From assembly GCA_963725665.1 (NCBI GenBank), contig CAVRZA010000002.1, positions 448,001 through 512,000 on the forward strand: a stretch of DNA of 64,000 bases. The letters are read 5' to 3'. Numbering within the stretch: the first letter of the stretch is position 1; the number at the start of each line of letters is the position of its first letter. The translations under genes and the position numbers were made by a program. Origin of the DNA: an uncultured Actinomycetes bacterium (GTDB lineage: Bacteria > Actinomycetota > Thermoleophilia > UBA2241). Shown here one piece after another: positions 1 to 9,899 of this stretch. The notes under the pieces were generated by a model, which saw only the letters and a list, made by a program, of their open reading frames with translations, did not search any database and had not been told where the DNA came from.

Positions 1-438
1 TACGCCGCCGCCAGGGCGCAGCTCGCGGCCGAGGTGATCCGGCCCTCGCTGGCGGCCGGCTGGGTCGTTCTCCTCGACCGCTACATCGACTCCTCGCTCG
101 CCTACCAGGGCTTCGGCCGCGGTCTCGGGCTCGAAGCCGTCGTCGCTGTGAACACGTTCGCCACGGGCGAGGAATCCGAGGGGCCGCTGTGGCCCGATGT
201 CACGCTGCTGCTCGACCTCGACCCTCTCGAGGCGGCGCGCCGCGAAGGAGGCTCGCCCGACCGCATCGAGCGTGAGGGGCTCGAGCTGCAGCGCCGCGTA
301 GCCGCGGGCTATCGCGAGGTCGCGTGCCGCTACCCGCAGCGGGTGCACCTGCTCGACGCGGCGCGGCCTGTCGCGGTGATCGCGGCCGACGCCCAGCGCT
401 TGGTCGTCGCACGTCTTGAGGAGAGCATCGGTGCTTGA
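1..438 (+). CDS. tmk: dTMP kinase (5'-truncated by window edge)
   Basis: YAAARAQL...DRYIDSSLAYQG and DRIERE motifs; frame open from base 1; upstream of holB. Confidence 0.93.
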   Translation, partial: YAAARAQLAAEVIRPSLAAGWVVLLDRYIDSSLAYQGFGRGLGLEAVVAVNTFATGEESEGPLWPDVTLLLDLDPLEAARREGGSPDRIEREGLELQRRVAAGYREVACRYPQRVHLLDAARPVAVIAADAQRLVVARLEESIGA

Positions 439-464
439 GTCGATCCGCCAGCGGTGGCGCGCCC

Positions 465-1580
465 GTGTTTGAGTCGATCCCCGGTCAGGAGCACGCCAAG
501 GCCTGCGTGGGTCGAGCGCTGGAGCGCGGCCTCGTGCACGCGTACCTGCTCGCTGGGGAGGAGGGGCTCGGCAAGACCGAGTTCGCGCGCGAGTTGGCAG
601 CCGCCGTCGTCGCCTCGTGCGGCGGCTGCGGCGCCTGCGACGAATGCTCACGCTTGCGCCGGGGGCTGCACCCCGACCTGCAGATCGTGGAGCGCGAAGG
701 CGAGGTCATCCGCATCGAGCAAGTGGCACGGCTGGTGGCCGAGCTGGCGCTCAAGCCGTTTGTCTCGGAGCGCCGCGTGTGGGTCATCCTCGAGGCCGAG
801 ACGCTCACCAACGAGGCGGCTAACAAGCTCCTCAAGAGCCTCGAAGAGCCGCCGGCGCACGTCTACTTCCTTCTCGTGAGCGACCAGCCCGAGCGCCTGC
901 TGCCGACCATCGCCTCGCGCTGCCAGACGATCGAGTTCCGGCCCGTGGCCGACGAGGCCGTCGCCGCGTTCCTGGGCGAGCGCTTCGGCCTCGCCGGGGG
1001 CGAGGCCGAAGCGCTCGCCCACCTTGCGCGCGGCTCCGTGGCCCGCGCCGAGCGCCTGGCGGCCGACGCGCGCGGGCCACACCGCCGCGCACACTACCTC
1101 AAGCTCGCCGCGGCGGTCGCGCTGGGCGAGCCCGACGCGGAGCGGCGCTTCACCGAGCAGGTGACGACCGACGAGAAGGCGGCCGCCGACGAGGTCGGCG
1201 CCGACCTCGCGGCGCGTCAGCAGGAGGTCGAGGCGGCCGTCTCCGACCCTAACGACCGGCAATGGCAGATCAGGCGCCTCGAGGAGCGGGCGCGCCGCGA
1301 CAAGGCGAGGCTAACGCGGCTGGCCGCGCTCGACGCGGTCGATCACCTGGTCTCGTGGCTGCGCGACCTGCTCGTCTTGGGACAGGGCGCCGCGGCAGCC
1401 GTCTGGAACAACGACCATCTCGCCGAGCTCGAGGAGTCGCACGTGGCCCGTCCCGAGGTCTACCTGCACATGCTCGACGTCGTCGGCGAGACACGCAAAG
1501 ACCTGTACCTGAACGTCGATCGCCGGCTCGCTCTGCAGGCGATGTTCTCTCGCTTCGAGGAGGTCTGGGAGAGTGCCTAA
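465..1580 (+). CDS. holB: DNA polymerase III delta' subunit
   Basis: HAYLLAGEEGLGKT, CGGCGACDEC Zn motif, HPD, AANKLLKSLEEPP, TIASRCQ; GTG at 465 preferred (TTG 435 alternative). Confidence 0.92.
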   Translation: MFESIPGQEHAKACVGRALERGLVHAYLLAGEEGLGKTEFARELAAAVVASCGGCGACDECSRLRRGLHPDLQIVEREGEVIRIEQVARLVAELALKPFVSERRVWVILEAETLTNEAANKLLKSLEEPPAHVYFLLVSDQPERLLPTIASRCQTIEFRPVADEAVAAFLGERFGLAGGEAEALAHLARGSVARAERLAADARGPHRRAHYLKLAAAVALGEPDAERRFTEQVTTDEKAAADEVGADLAARQQEVEAAVSDPNDRQWQIRRLEERARRDKARLTRLAALDAVDHLVSWLRDLLVLGQGAAAAVWNNDHLAELEESHVARPEVYLHMLDVVGETRKDLYLNVDRRLALQAMFSRFEEVWESA

Positions 1581-2382
1581 TATCGTGAGCGTCGTCTTCC
1601 GGGACGGCGGCAAGCTGTACCATTTCGACCCCCACCGTCTGGAGCTGGTCGCCGGCGACGCTGTCGTCGTCGAGACGGCGCGCGGGCTCGACTTCGGACG
1701 CGTGGTCAAGGACGTCGAGGAGGTCTCCGAGGCCGACCTGCCCGGCGGGCTCAAGCGCGTGGTGCGCAGGGCCACCGGCAACGACCTCGAGACGCTGGCG
1801 CACAACCGGGCCTACGAGGCCGAGGCTCTGGGCGTGTGCCGCGACCTCGTCGGCGAGCTCGGCCTCAACATGAAGCTGGTCTCGGCCGAGCTCGCCTTCG
1901 ACGGCAAGAAGATCCTCTTCTCGTTCGCCGCCGAGGAACGCATCGACTTCCGTGAGCTCGTCACGCAGCTCAACGAGCGGCTCAAGCGGCGCGTCGAGCT
2001 CAAGCAGGTCAGCGCCCGCGACGAGGCCCGCCTCGTGGGAGGCTACGGCAGCTGCGGGCGTCGCCTCTGCTGCTCGCTCTTCGCCGGCGACCAGGAGCCG
2101 GTCTCGATTCGTATGGCGAAAGACCAGGACCTGCCTCTGAACCCGAGCAAGATCTCGGGCCTCTGCGGGCGCCTCATGTGCTGTCTGAAGTACGAGCACG
2201 GGGTCTACGTGACCTTCAAGAAGCGCGCCCCGAAGAAGGGCACGACTATCGTCACTCCGGCCGGGGAAGGTAAGGTCGTCGACCTCGCCGCGTCGGCCGA
2301 CAGCGTGACCGTCGATCACGGCGAGGGGCGCGTGATCACCTACCGACTCTCTGAGCTCGAGCTCGCCAAGGAGGACACATGA
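1573..2382 (+). CDS. ricT: PSP1/RicT (YaaT) family Fe-S regulatory protein
   Basis: RIDFRELV, GSCGRRLCCS, MAKDQDLPLNPSKISGLCGRLMCCLKYE; tmk-holB-yaaT synteny. Confidence 0.92.
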   Translation: MPNIVSVVFRDGGKLYHFDPHRLELVAGDAVVVETARGLDFGRVVKDVEEVSEADLPGGLKRVVRRATGNDLETLAHNRAYEAEALGVCRDLVGELGLNMKLVSAELAFDGKKILFSFAAEERIDFRELVTQLNERLKRRVELKQVSARDEARLVGGYGSCGRRLCCSLFAGDQEPVSIRMAKDQDLPLNPSKISGLCGRLMCCLKYEHGVYVTFKKRAPKKGTTIVTPAGEGKVVDLAASADSVTVDHGEGRVITYRLSELELAKEDT

Positions 2383-2615
2383 GCCAGACGAAGCACGTCG
2401 TCCTGAACGTCCCCGCCGTCTCATGCATGCACTGCAAGAGCGCCATCGAGGGGGCCGTGCGGGACATCCAGGGCGTCGCCTCGGTGAACGTTGAAGTAGC
2501 GGAGAAGACCGTGTCGCTGGAGTACGACCCCGACCTGGTCGACCTCGAAGAGGTCAAGAACACCATCGAGGAAGAGGGCTACCCCGTCGTCGGCGAGCAC
2601 GTCTTCGGCATCTGA
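2379..2615 (+). CDS. copZ: Heavy-metal-associated (CopZ-like) copper chaperone
   Basis: 78 aa, VSCMHC metal-binding motif, EEEGY C-terminus. Confidence 0.88.
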   Translation: MSQTKHVVLNVPAVSCMHCKSAIEGAVRDIQGVASVNVEVAEKTVSLEYDPDLVDLEEVKNTIEEEGYPVVGEHVFGI

Positions 2616-2693
2616 ACGAACGTCTTCAGGGCCTGAGATGAAGCCTTTTGCCTCCCCACGAGCGGTCTGATACCATACCGCCTCACCTGCGGA

Positions 2694-2769
2694 GGGCCGT
2701 TAGCTTAGCTGGTAGAGCAGGGGACTCTTAATCCCAAGGTCGAAGGTTCGAATCCTTCACGGCCCACCA
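2694..2769 (+). tRNA. tRNA-Lys (anticodon CTT)
   Basis: 76 nt cloverleaf; anticodon loop CT-CTT-AA, GGTTCGAATCC T-arm, encoded CCA. Confidence 0.96.
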
Positions 2770-3192
2770 TTTCTTTGCAGGCATTTTCCACCTCCGGTGG
2801 CCGCCGAGAACCGGCTCTCTCGCCTCATTTGCCGCGTTTCTGCTACCTCGCGTCCGCATTCTTGCCCGCGATGAGCACCTGAGCAACTTCGGGTGAGAGA
2901 GACTCCACCTCTCCTCCATGCGAACGCAATCGTTGGCGCGAGCTTCAGGACCGGAACCATCCCGGTGTCACGATTGGACGTGCAGGGACGCATCGCCTTA
3001 GGCGAGGAGGCCTGGTGAGTCTCGCAAGGGCGCCTGGACCATCCTGCTGGCGGTGGGACCGTTCCAGGTGAGCTCACGGGCCGATCGCGGGGAAGAGGGC
3101 GCCGGCAGTGGCGCAGCCGCAACGTCAGAAGGTAAACGAATAGCCGACCGTGAAGATCACGTCGGAGCCCGACTGAGGATCGGCCCTCCTAT

Positions 3193-4056
3193 CTACTGGC
3201 GTTCCCGATGAGATTGCCGTTTCTCTCGCGCGTACGCTAGCAGACCCAGCCGGCTGAGCATGCTCCTCGCGACCTCCCTCGCGACCTCTTTCGAGGGCAC
3301 AGTGACCGACCTGTCAAATGCAGCCAGCATCCGACTGCTGACAGGGATCCGATACCCGAGTCCATCTTCTCTCGTGATAGTGCAGGGTGTGCATTTTCCA
3401 CAGGGTCTCATGTTGCTTCTCGGGGTGTGGCAGAACCACGTCATCGCCATGATCCGGCTCAGACCCTGCTTGTCCGCGATGACTCCCGCGTCCTTCTTGC
3501 TGAGATGAAGCAGCGGGAACGTGAAGTAGCGAAGAAGAGCGTACTCGTCCGTCGAGCTGAACGCTGGGTCGACGCGAGCGACTCTTTCGGGACCCTCGCC
3601 AGTCTCTAGGAGCATCTTCTTGACGATCTCGTGCGGGTTGGTGTCCTTCTCAGCGCACAGCTGAACGGAATCGAGGGCGTTTTGCTTGCAGAAGCGAGAC
3701 AGCCACTCATATTGGCTACCCAAGTAATGCTCGTTGAGGACGGCTCGGAAGGCTTCCGTTATCTCGGGATCAGGCGAGAGATCGGCTACTGCGAAATAGC
3801 GGCTAGGTCCCAGGAGATCTTGCGTTTGAGGGTAGTCTCTGAAGAGCCGCTCCTTGATGCGTTTCATCGTCAGAAGCTCGGCGCCGGTCGATCGGCGGTC
3901 CGCGTCGATCAGGTAGAAGGGGGTGACGCGGCACCCACCGACGATCAGTAGCTGCAGCAGCTGGAACGTGGACTCCCAGCCCCCCGTCCACAGCAGGCAT
4001 ACGCTGTCTCTGTCAAGCGGCGAGTCTGTGGTGAAAGGAATGCCGACGCTGGACAT
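3193..4056 (-). CDS. QueC-like PP-loop ATPase (7-cyano-7-deazaguanine synthase-like family)
   Basis: LLWTGGWESTF PP-loop variant; C-terminal TWFCH...PCGKCTPC Zn motif; ATG 4056 with GGGGAG RBS. Confidence 0.7.
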   Translation of the reverse strand: MSSVGIPFTTDSPLDRDSVCLLWTGGWESTFQLLQLLIVGGCRVTPFYLIDADRRSTGAELLTMKRIKERLFRDYPQTQDLLGPSRYFAVADLSPDPEITEAFRAVLNEHYLGSQYEWLSRFCKQNALDSVQLCAEKDTNPHEIVKKMLLETGEGPERVARVDPAFSSTDEYALLRYFTFPLLHLSKKDAGVIADKQGLSRIMAMTWFCHTPRSNMRPCGKCTPCTITREDGLGYRIPVSSRMLAAFDRSVTVPSKEVAREVARSMLSRLGLLAYAREKRQSHRERQ

Positions 4057-4204
4057 CCGCTCCCCCAGGTCCGTTACGAGCTTGAGGGCATGGTACCACC
4101 CTCTCGTGGGGATTGGACGCGAGGGCCGCGGCAGACTGCCAGCCAGGACCGTCCTCGAGGCGGAGACATCTGCGGGTGGGCTCGCGGGATTGACGTGCAG
4201 GGAT

Positions 4205-4277
4205 GGGTCCCTCCAGCAGGCGCCCGGCGACGTTCGAGCCGATGAATCCCCGCTCCCCCAGTGACCAGGACTCTCAA
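4205..4277 (-). pseudogene. N-terminal fragment of NAD-dependent epimerase/dehydratase
   Basis: TTG start with RBS; MRVLVTGGAG then, after one extra G, FIGSNVAGRLLEG; no continuation. Confidence 0.65.
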
Positions 4278-4533
4278 GGCTCCGTCCTCTCTTCGCCAGT
4301 GCCGCTGACCACGATACAGCAGACCGCCCTCGCCGTCCTTGACCCGGGGCGGGACTCATCTGCTACGAAGGGGGTGATGCAGGGGTCTACAGGCCGAGAC
4401 GATGCTCAGGCCGGCTATGTCTCGACCCAGTCTTCTGTCCCAGAGTGTGTTCGGAACAACGCTCAGACATGGCCCGAGGTCGAGCTTCGCAAATACGTTA
4501 GTACAGGTCACAACGTCTTCAGCGCTCTCCGCC

Positions 4534-4581
4534 GGACTCTGAATCCCAATGTCGAAGGTTCGAATCCTTCACGGCCCACCA
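4534..4581 (+). repeat. attR-like duplicate of tRNA-Lys 3' end
   Basis: 46/48 identity to 2722-2769. Confidence 0.9.
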
Positions 4582-5016
4582 CGAGGCCCCTCCCCACAGA
4601 CTCGCTGAAGGCTTCTCGACGTGCCGCCGCGGCAGCGCTCATGGGCCGGCGGTGAGGGCGCGTGTCTCGGGGTCGTAGAAGCGCCAACACGCGCTCCCGA
4701 AGACCCTCCGCACCCGTCCGCCTAGTGGTTCACGGTCACGCCCGCTATCCAATCGGGCTGCTGCATGACCCGTTCGGTCCGCGCGTCCCGACCCTTCCCG
4801 TGCACCCGGTCAGCTCCCGAGTTCCCCACTCGTCCTCCAAAGGGCTGCTAGACGAGGGAGCATCGCCGGTCGCTGGTGGGGGTTTCATCCGCGGCGCGGG
4901 GAAGCACCATAGAAGCCAGTAGTAGGCCTCTGTTGCGGGCCTCGACCGGTCATTGATAGGGTGTTCGTCAAGGCCTTGTCCGGCTCGTCACCTCGGCCGA
5001 GGAGCTAGGGATCCAA

Positions 5017-5811
5017 GTGGATGTGAGACGCGGTCGGCGCGAGATCAAGAGCGCGGTGCGCGAGTGGCGCAACATCCTGCCGAACGGTCGGGAGGACGCC
5101 ATCCGCGAGTTCCTCATCCTCTTCACGAGCTACATCGCCTACGACGTGGTGCGCTACCTCACCACGGGCCGTGAGTATACGGCCATGGCGAACGCGAACC
5201 ACATCATCGCCCTCGAGCGCTCGCTGAGCCTTTACCTCGAGCCCTGGATCCAGGCCAAGATCAGTCATGTCCACGCCCTGCTCCTGGTGCTGAACTGGTT
5301 CTACACTCAGGTGCACATCCCGGCCATCGTTGCGTTCCTGGCCTGGGTCTACCTGCGGCGCAACGACGCCTTCGCGTTCTTCCGCAACGCCTTCCTCCTG
5401 ATCAACGCGATCGCACTGAGTGTGTTTGCCTTGGTCCCCGTGGCACCGCCGCGGCTGCTTCCGAGCTCAGGCCTCGTCGACACCCTCTTCGTCTTCTCGC
5501 ACACCAACTACCAGTCGGGGGGTCTGCAGAGCATCACCAACCCCTTCGCGGCCTTGCCGAGCCTGCACTTCGGCTACGCCGTCTTCGTCTCCGTCGGTCT
5601 GCTGGTCCTGGTGCGCTCGCGCCCGGTGCGGATGGCGGCGCTGGTGTACCCGGTGGTCGTGCTCGTGTCCATCGTGGCCACCGGCAACCACTTCCTGATC
5701 GACGCGCTCGCCGGGGGTCTGGTCATCGCGATCGCCTACCTCTTCACCCTCTCCGGCACGAGCGAGCCCGAGGTCGCCACCGTGCGGTGGCGCGAGGGCG
5801 ATCGCGGCTGA
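5017..5811 (+). CDS. PAP2-superfamily membrane protein (AUR1/IPC-synthase-like)
   Basis: PVAPPRL, NPFAALPSLHFGY, ATGNHFLIDA motifs; several TM helices. Confidence 0.85.
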   Translation: MDVRRGRREIKSAVREWRNILPNGREDAIREFLILFTSYIAYDVVRYLTTGREYTAMANANHIIALERSLSLYLEPWIQAKISHVHALLLVLNWFYTQVHIPAIVAFLAWVYLRRNDAFAFFRNAFLLINAIALSVFALVPVAPPRLLPSSGLVDTLFVFSHTNYQSGGLQSITNPFAALPSLHFGYAVFVSVGLLVLVRSRPVRMAALVYPVVVLVSIVATGNHFLIDALAGGLVIAIAYLFTLSGTSEPEVATVRWREGDRG

Positions 5812-5871
5812 CGCGGTGCGAGGGATGCGCGCTGCGACGCGGCCGGTCCGAGCCGCCGGTTGGTCTAGGCC

Positions 5872-6483
5872 TTGACGACGCTCAAGGATCGCTACACCGC
5901 GATGGTCCGGCGTGCGGCGGCCCCGCTCGCGGAGCGGCTCGTGAACGGCCGCGTCACACCGAACATGCTCACCGTCTTCGGTCTCGTGCTGACGCTGGCC
6001 GCCGCCCCCTTCATCATCACCGGCCACACTGCGGTGGGCGCCGTGATCTTCCTCGTCGGCAGCCTCACCGACATGCTCGACGGCGCCGTCGCGCGGTTGG
6101 CCAAGCAAGTGACTGCGTTCGGTGCCTTTCTCGACTCGACCAGCGATAGGGTGGCCGAGGGCGTTGTGCTGGGGTCGATCGCCCTGCTCTACGCGAAAGA
6201 GGGCCACATCGGGCGCGTGGCCCTGGTCTTCGTCGTGATGATCGCGTCCTTTCTCGTCTCGTACACGCGCGCGCGAGCGGAGGCGCTCGGTCTGCAGTGC
6301 AAGGTCGGTCTCATGTCGCGGCCCGAGCGCGTCGTGCTGCTGGTCGTCGGCCTGCTCTTCGCGGGTTACCTCGTCCTCGATGTCGTGCTCGGTGTTATGG
6401 CGGTCCTGACCTCGTGGACGGTCGTCACGCGCATCCTTTACGTGCGCAAGCAGCTCGACTCGGACGTGGCGCCGCCCTCGTAG
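5872..6483 (+). CDS. pgsA: CDP-alcohol phosphatidyltransferase (probable phosphatidylinositol-phosphate synthase)
   Basis: TPNMLT, DMLDGAVAR...GAFLDSTSDR signature, SYTRARAE, RPER; adjacent to ino1. Confidence 0.85.
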   Translation: MTTLKDRYTAMVRRAAAPLAERLVNGRVTPNMLTVFGLVLTLAAAPFIITGHTAVGAVIFLVGSLTDMLDGAVARLAKQVTAFGAFLDSTSDRVAEGVVLGSIALLYAKEGHIGRVALVFVVMIASFLVSYTRARAEALGLQCKVGLMSRPERVVLLVVGLLFAGYLVLDVVLGVMAVLTSWTVVTRILYVRKQLDSDVAPPS

Positions 6484-6706
6484 GGGAACGCCGGGGCGGC
6501 CGTCCCAACTCAGGTCTGCGGCGCTCCGGTTCGCCGCGATTTTGCAGGGCTTTTTGCTGGTCTGAGCGTCCTCTCGCGCTGTGATATACTCTCCTCCACT
6601 TGCGCCGCCGATGGCGGCAGGCGGGGCCCGTCGTCCGAGGCGCCGCCGCGAAGGTGAAGCATCGGCCGCCGCGATCGGCTGTCGAAGGTCGGAGGGAGAG
6701 GAAGCC

Positions 6707-7861
6707 TTGGGCAACCCAGTCCGCGTCGCCATCATCGGTGTCGGCAATTGCGCCTCGTCGTTCGTGCAGGGGGTGGAGTTCTACCGGCACGCGGCACCGG
6801 CCGATTTTGTGCCCGGCCTGATGCACCCTGTTCTCGGCGACTACCACATCAGCGACATCGAGTTCGTCGCCGCGTTCGATATCGACAAGAACAAGGTCGG
6901 CAAGGACCTCGCCGAGGCGGTCTTCGCAAAGCCCAACAACACGGTGAAGTTCGCTGATGTGCCGGCGAAGGCCGTGACTGTCGAGCGCGGGATGACGCAC
7001 GACGGCCTCGGCAAGTATCTCTCGCGCATCATCGAGAAGGCGGCGGGACCGACGGCGGACATCGTGCGCATCCTCAAAGAGACCGAGACCGACGTCGTGG
7101 TCAGCTACCTGCCGGTGGGGAGCGAAGAGGCCACCAAGTGGTATGCGGAGCAGATTCTCACCGCCGGCTGCGCCATGGTGAACTGCATCCCGGTGTTCAT
7201 CGCCCGCGAGCCTTACTGGCAGAAGCGGTTCGCGCAAGCCGGCGTGCCCGTCATCGGCGACGACATCAAGAGCCAGGTGGGGGCTACCATCGTCCATCGC
7301 GTCCTCACCCGCCTCATGCGCGAGCGCGGTGTGCGCCTTGAGCGGACGAGCCAGCTCAACGTCGGTGGCAACACGGACTTCCTCAACATGCTTGAGCGCG
7401 AGCGTCTCGAGTCCAAGAAGATCTCCAAGACGAACGCCGTCACGAGCCAGCTCGACTACGACATGGGCCGCAAGAACGTCCACATCGGGCCGAGCGACTA
7501 CGTCGAGTGGCTCGAGGACCGCAAGTGGGCCTACATCCGCATGGAAGGTCGCACCTTCGGCGACGTGCCGCTGAACATCGAGCTCAAGCTCGAGGTCGTC
7601 GACTCTCCCAACTCGGCGGGCATCGTCATCGATGCCGTGCGCTGCGCGAAGATCGGCCTCGACCGCGGCCTGTCGGGCACGCTGGAGGGTCCAAGCTCAT
7701 ACTTCATGAAATCGCCCCCGGTGCAGCACCCCGACGACGTCGCGCGGCGCATGACCGAGGAGTTCATCGCCGGGGTCGACAACGCCGTCGTGAGCGGCGA
7801 CGGGGCGGGCAAGAAACCCTCGGGGCGCCGGGCGGCCGCGGCGAAGTCGCCGCGACCGTAA
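6707..7861 (+). CDS. ino1: myo-inositol-1-phosphate synthase
   Basis: [46 protein letters not shown]; TTG start after GGAGAGG. Confidence 0.96.
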   Translation: MGNPVRVAIIGVGNCASSFVQGVEFYRHAAPADFVPGLMHPVLGDYHISDIEFVAAFDIDKNKVGKDLAEAVFAKPNNTVKFADVPAKAVTVERGMTHDGLGKYLSRIIEKAAGPTADIVRILKETETDVVVSYLPVGSEEATKWYAEQILTAGCAMVNCIPVFIAREPYWQKRFAQAGVPVIGDDIKSQVGATIVHRVLTRLMRERGVRLERTSQLNVGGNTDFLNMLERERLESKKISKTNAVTSQLDYDMGRKNVHIGPSDYVEWLEDRKWAYIRMEGRTFGDVPLNIELKLEVVDSPNSAGIVIDAVRCAKIGLDRGLSGTLEGPSSYFMKSPPVQHPDDVARRMTEEFIAGVDNAVVSGDGAGKKPSGRRAAAAKSPRP

Positions 7862-7937
7862 CGCGGCCGCCCAGCGCGCGGGGCGCGGACTGTCTGACCG
7901 ACGGCGCGTGGCGATGCAACGTCCGCGCGAAGCTTAG

Positions 7938-9854
7938 TTGGCCGTGGAAGCAGCGAGCTACAGGATAGCGATGCTCACGCCCTACGCGTGGACCGTGCCG
8001 GGGGGCGTGAACAACCACATCGCGGCGCTCGCCGAGCGCTTCACCGCCCACGGCCACAGGGTCACTATCATCGCTCCCAGCGACGACAAGGCCGCGGTCA
8101 AGGCCGCTCGCGAGATGGTGCGGGCGGTGCTGCTCGGTGAGCGCGACACCCTGTTCACCGCCGACGAGCCCTACCCGCGTTATTTCTTCGCCGGCGGCAC
8201 CTTCTCGGTGCGCCACAACCGCTCCGTCAGCTATATCTCGCCGCCGGTCGATCTGCTCTCCAACGTCGACGTCGTGCTCGAGAACGAGGAGTTCGACGTT
8301 CTGCACATCCACGAGCCGTTCGTGCCCAGCCTCGGGTGGACGGCCATGAATCACGCCGAGTCGCCGATCGTGGCGACCTTCCACGCCAACTCCGAGCGCT
8401 TCTTCTGGTACTGGCTCGGCAAGCCGATCCTGAGCCGTGTCTTTCCCGTCTTCGACGCGGTCGTTGCGGTGTCGCCGGCGGCGCGCGACACGGCCGCGCG
8501 TTACTTTGAGGGCGACTATCGCGTCGTCCCCAACGGCATCGACTTGGGACGATTCCGACCTCCCGCCGAGCGCCGGCAGGGCACTCTGCGTGTGCTCTTC
8601 GTGGGGGGGGAATCGCGTCGCAAGGGTCTGGGGGTGCTGCTGCGGGCTTTGCGCTACATCGGTGAAGACATGCCGCCGTTCGAGCTCGAGGTGTGCGGGA
8701 GCGACGAGCACGAGGCGAGGTTCGGGCATCTCGTGCCCGAGCGCTTTCGCGGGCTGGTGCGCTTCCGCGGCCGCGTGCCCTACCACGAGCTGCCCGAGGT
8801 CTACGGCAGGGCGGACATCTTCTGCGCGCCCTCTTTGGGCAACGAGTCGTTCGGCATCGTCCTGCTCGAGGCCATGGCCACGCGGACGGCCGTGCTCGCC
8901 TCCGACATCGAAGGATACCGCGACGTCGTGACCGATGGGCGCGAGGGCCTCCTGGTGCCGCCCCGCAACCCGCGCGCCCTCGCCCGCGCCCTCGCGCACT
9001 TGCTCACCGACTCTTCGCTGCGCGAGGCGTGCGCCGCGTGCGGGCTCGAGACCGTCACGCGCTACAGCTGGGACATAGTCGCCGGTGAGATCATGCAGGT
9101 CTACCGTGACGTGATCCGGCGGCGACTCAAGCAGCGCTCGCGGCCGCGCCGGGCCGACCCCGAGCTCTTCGCCGACTTCCACGTTCACACCCACCACTCG
9201 CGCGACTGCGCGATGCAGGTCGACGAGCTGCTCGAGCGCGCGGCTGAGGTCGGTCTTGACGTGGTCGCCATCACCGACCACAACGAGGTCGCCGGCGGCT
9301 TCGAGGCGCTCCAGGTCGCGGACCGCTACGGCGTGCGCGTGATCGTCGGCGAGGAAGTCAGGACGCTGGAGGGCGAGGTGATCGGCCTGTTCCTCGAGGA
9401 GAGGATCCCTCCCGGGATGACCTTCGCCGAGACCATCGCGGAGATCAAAGGCCAGGGCGGCATCGTGTACGTCCCGCACCCGTTCGACCGACTTCATGCC
9501 GTGCCCGGGACGAGCTTGCTCAAGGCGAACCTCACCGACCTCGACGTCATCGAGGTCTTCAACTCGCGCATCGCTTACCCCGGTTTCAACGAGAAGGCGC
9601 TGCGCTTCTCGCAGCGTCATCGCTTGCCGGGCGCGGCCGGGAGCGACTCTCACGTGCTGCCTGGTCTCGGCACCGCTCTGACCGGCGTCGGCTCGTTCAG
9701 CGGACCGCAGGACTTCGTCGAGGCCCTCGGCGCGGGCCACATCCTGCGCCGCCCGAGAAGCCTCCTCTACCTCCAATCCCTGAAGCTCATCCAGACGAGC
9801 CTCGAGGGCGGCGGTCGGGCGGCGTCGCAGGCGGCCGGGCGCGGGACGCCGTAG
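7938..9854 (+). CDS. GT4 PimA-like mannosyltransferase fused to C-terminal PHP phosphoesterase
   Basis: PYAWTVPGGV, HIHEPFVPSL, ESFGIVLLEAMA; then DFHVHTHHS, ITDHN, HPFD, GSDSH in one uninterrupted frame. Confidence 0.85.
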   Translation: MAVEAASYRIAMLTPYAWTVPGGVNNHIAALAERFTAHGHRVTIIAPSDDKAAVKAAREMVRAVLLGERDTLFTADEPYPRYFFAGGTFSVRHNRSVSYISPPVDLLSNVDVVLENEEFDVLHIHEPFVPSLGWTAMNHAESPIVATFHANSERFFWYWLGKPILSRVFPVFDAVVAVSPAARDTAARYFEGDYRVVPNGIDLGRFRPPAERRQGTLRVLFVGGESRRKGLGVLLRALRYIGEDMPPFELEVCGSDEHEARFGHLVPERFRGLVRFRGRVPYHELPEVYGRADIFCAPSLGNESFGIVLLEAMATRTAVLASDIEGYRDVVTDGREGLLVPPRNPRALARALAHLLTDSSLREACAACGLETVTRYSWDIVAGEIMQVYRDVIRRRLKQRSRPRRADPELFADFHVHTHHSRDCAMQVDELLERAAEVGLDVVAITDHNEVAGGFEALQVADRYGVRVIVGEEVRTLEGEVIGLFLEERIPPGMTFAETIAEIKGQGGIVYVPHPFDRLHAVPGTSLLKANLTDLDVIEVFNSRIAYPGFNEKALRFSQRHRLPGAAGSDSHVLPGLGTALTGVGSFSGPQDFVEALGAGHILRRPRSLLYLQSLKLIQTSLEGGGRAASQAAGRGTP

Positions 9855-9899
9855 TCGCTCCAAGGCGGCAAGGGATTTGCCGCCGGTGGGCGAACCTAC

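Larger units (their letters stand above)
2722..4581. mobile_element. Decayed ~1.8 kb genomic islet in the tRNA-Lys 3' end (no integrase)
   Basis: tRNA 3' 48 nt (2722-2769) repeated at 4534-4581 with 2 mismatches; cargo between has visibly more A/T-ending codons than flanks. Confidence 0.75.

Noticed and set aside
4534-4581. ggactctgaatcc as a possible tRNA-Pyl or suppressor tRNA
   Set aside because: Anticodon position reads CTG, not CTA; there is no 5' half; it is a degenerate copy of the tRNA-Lys 3' end
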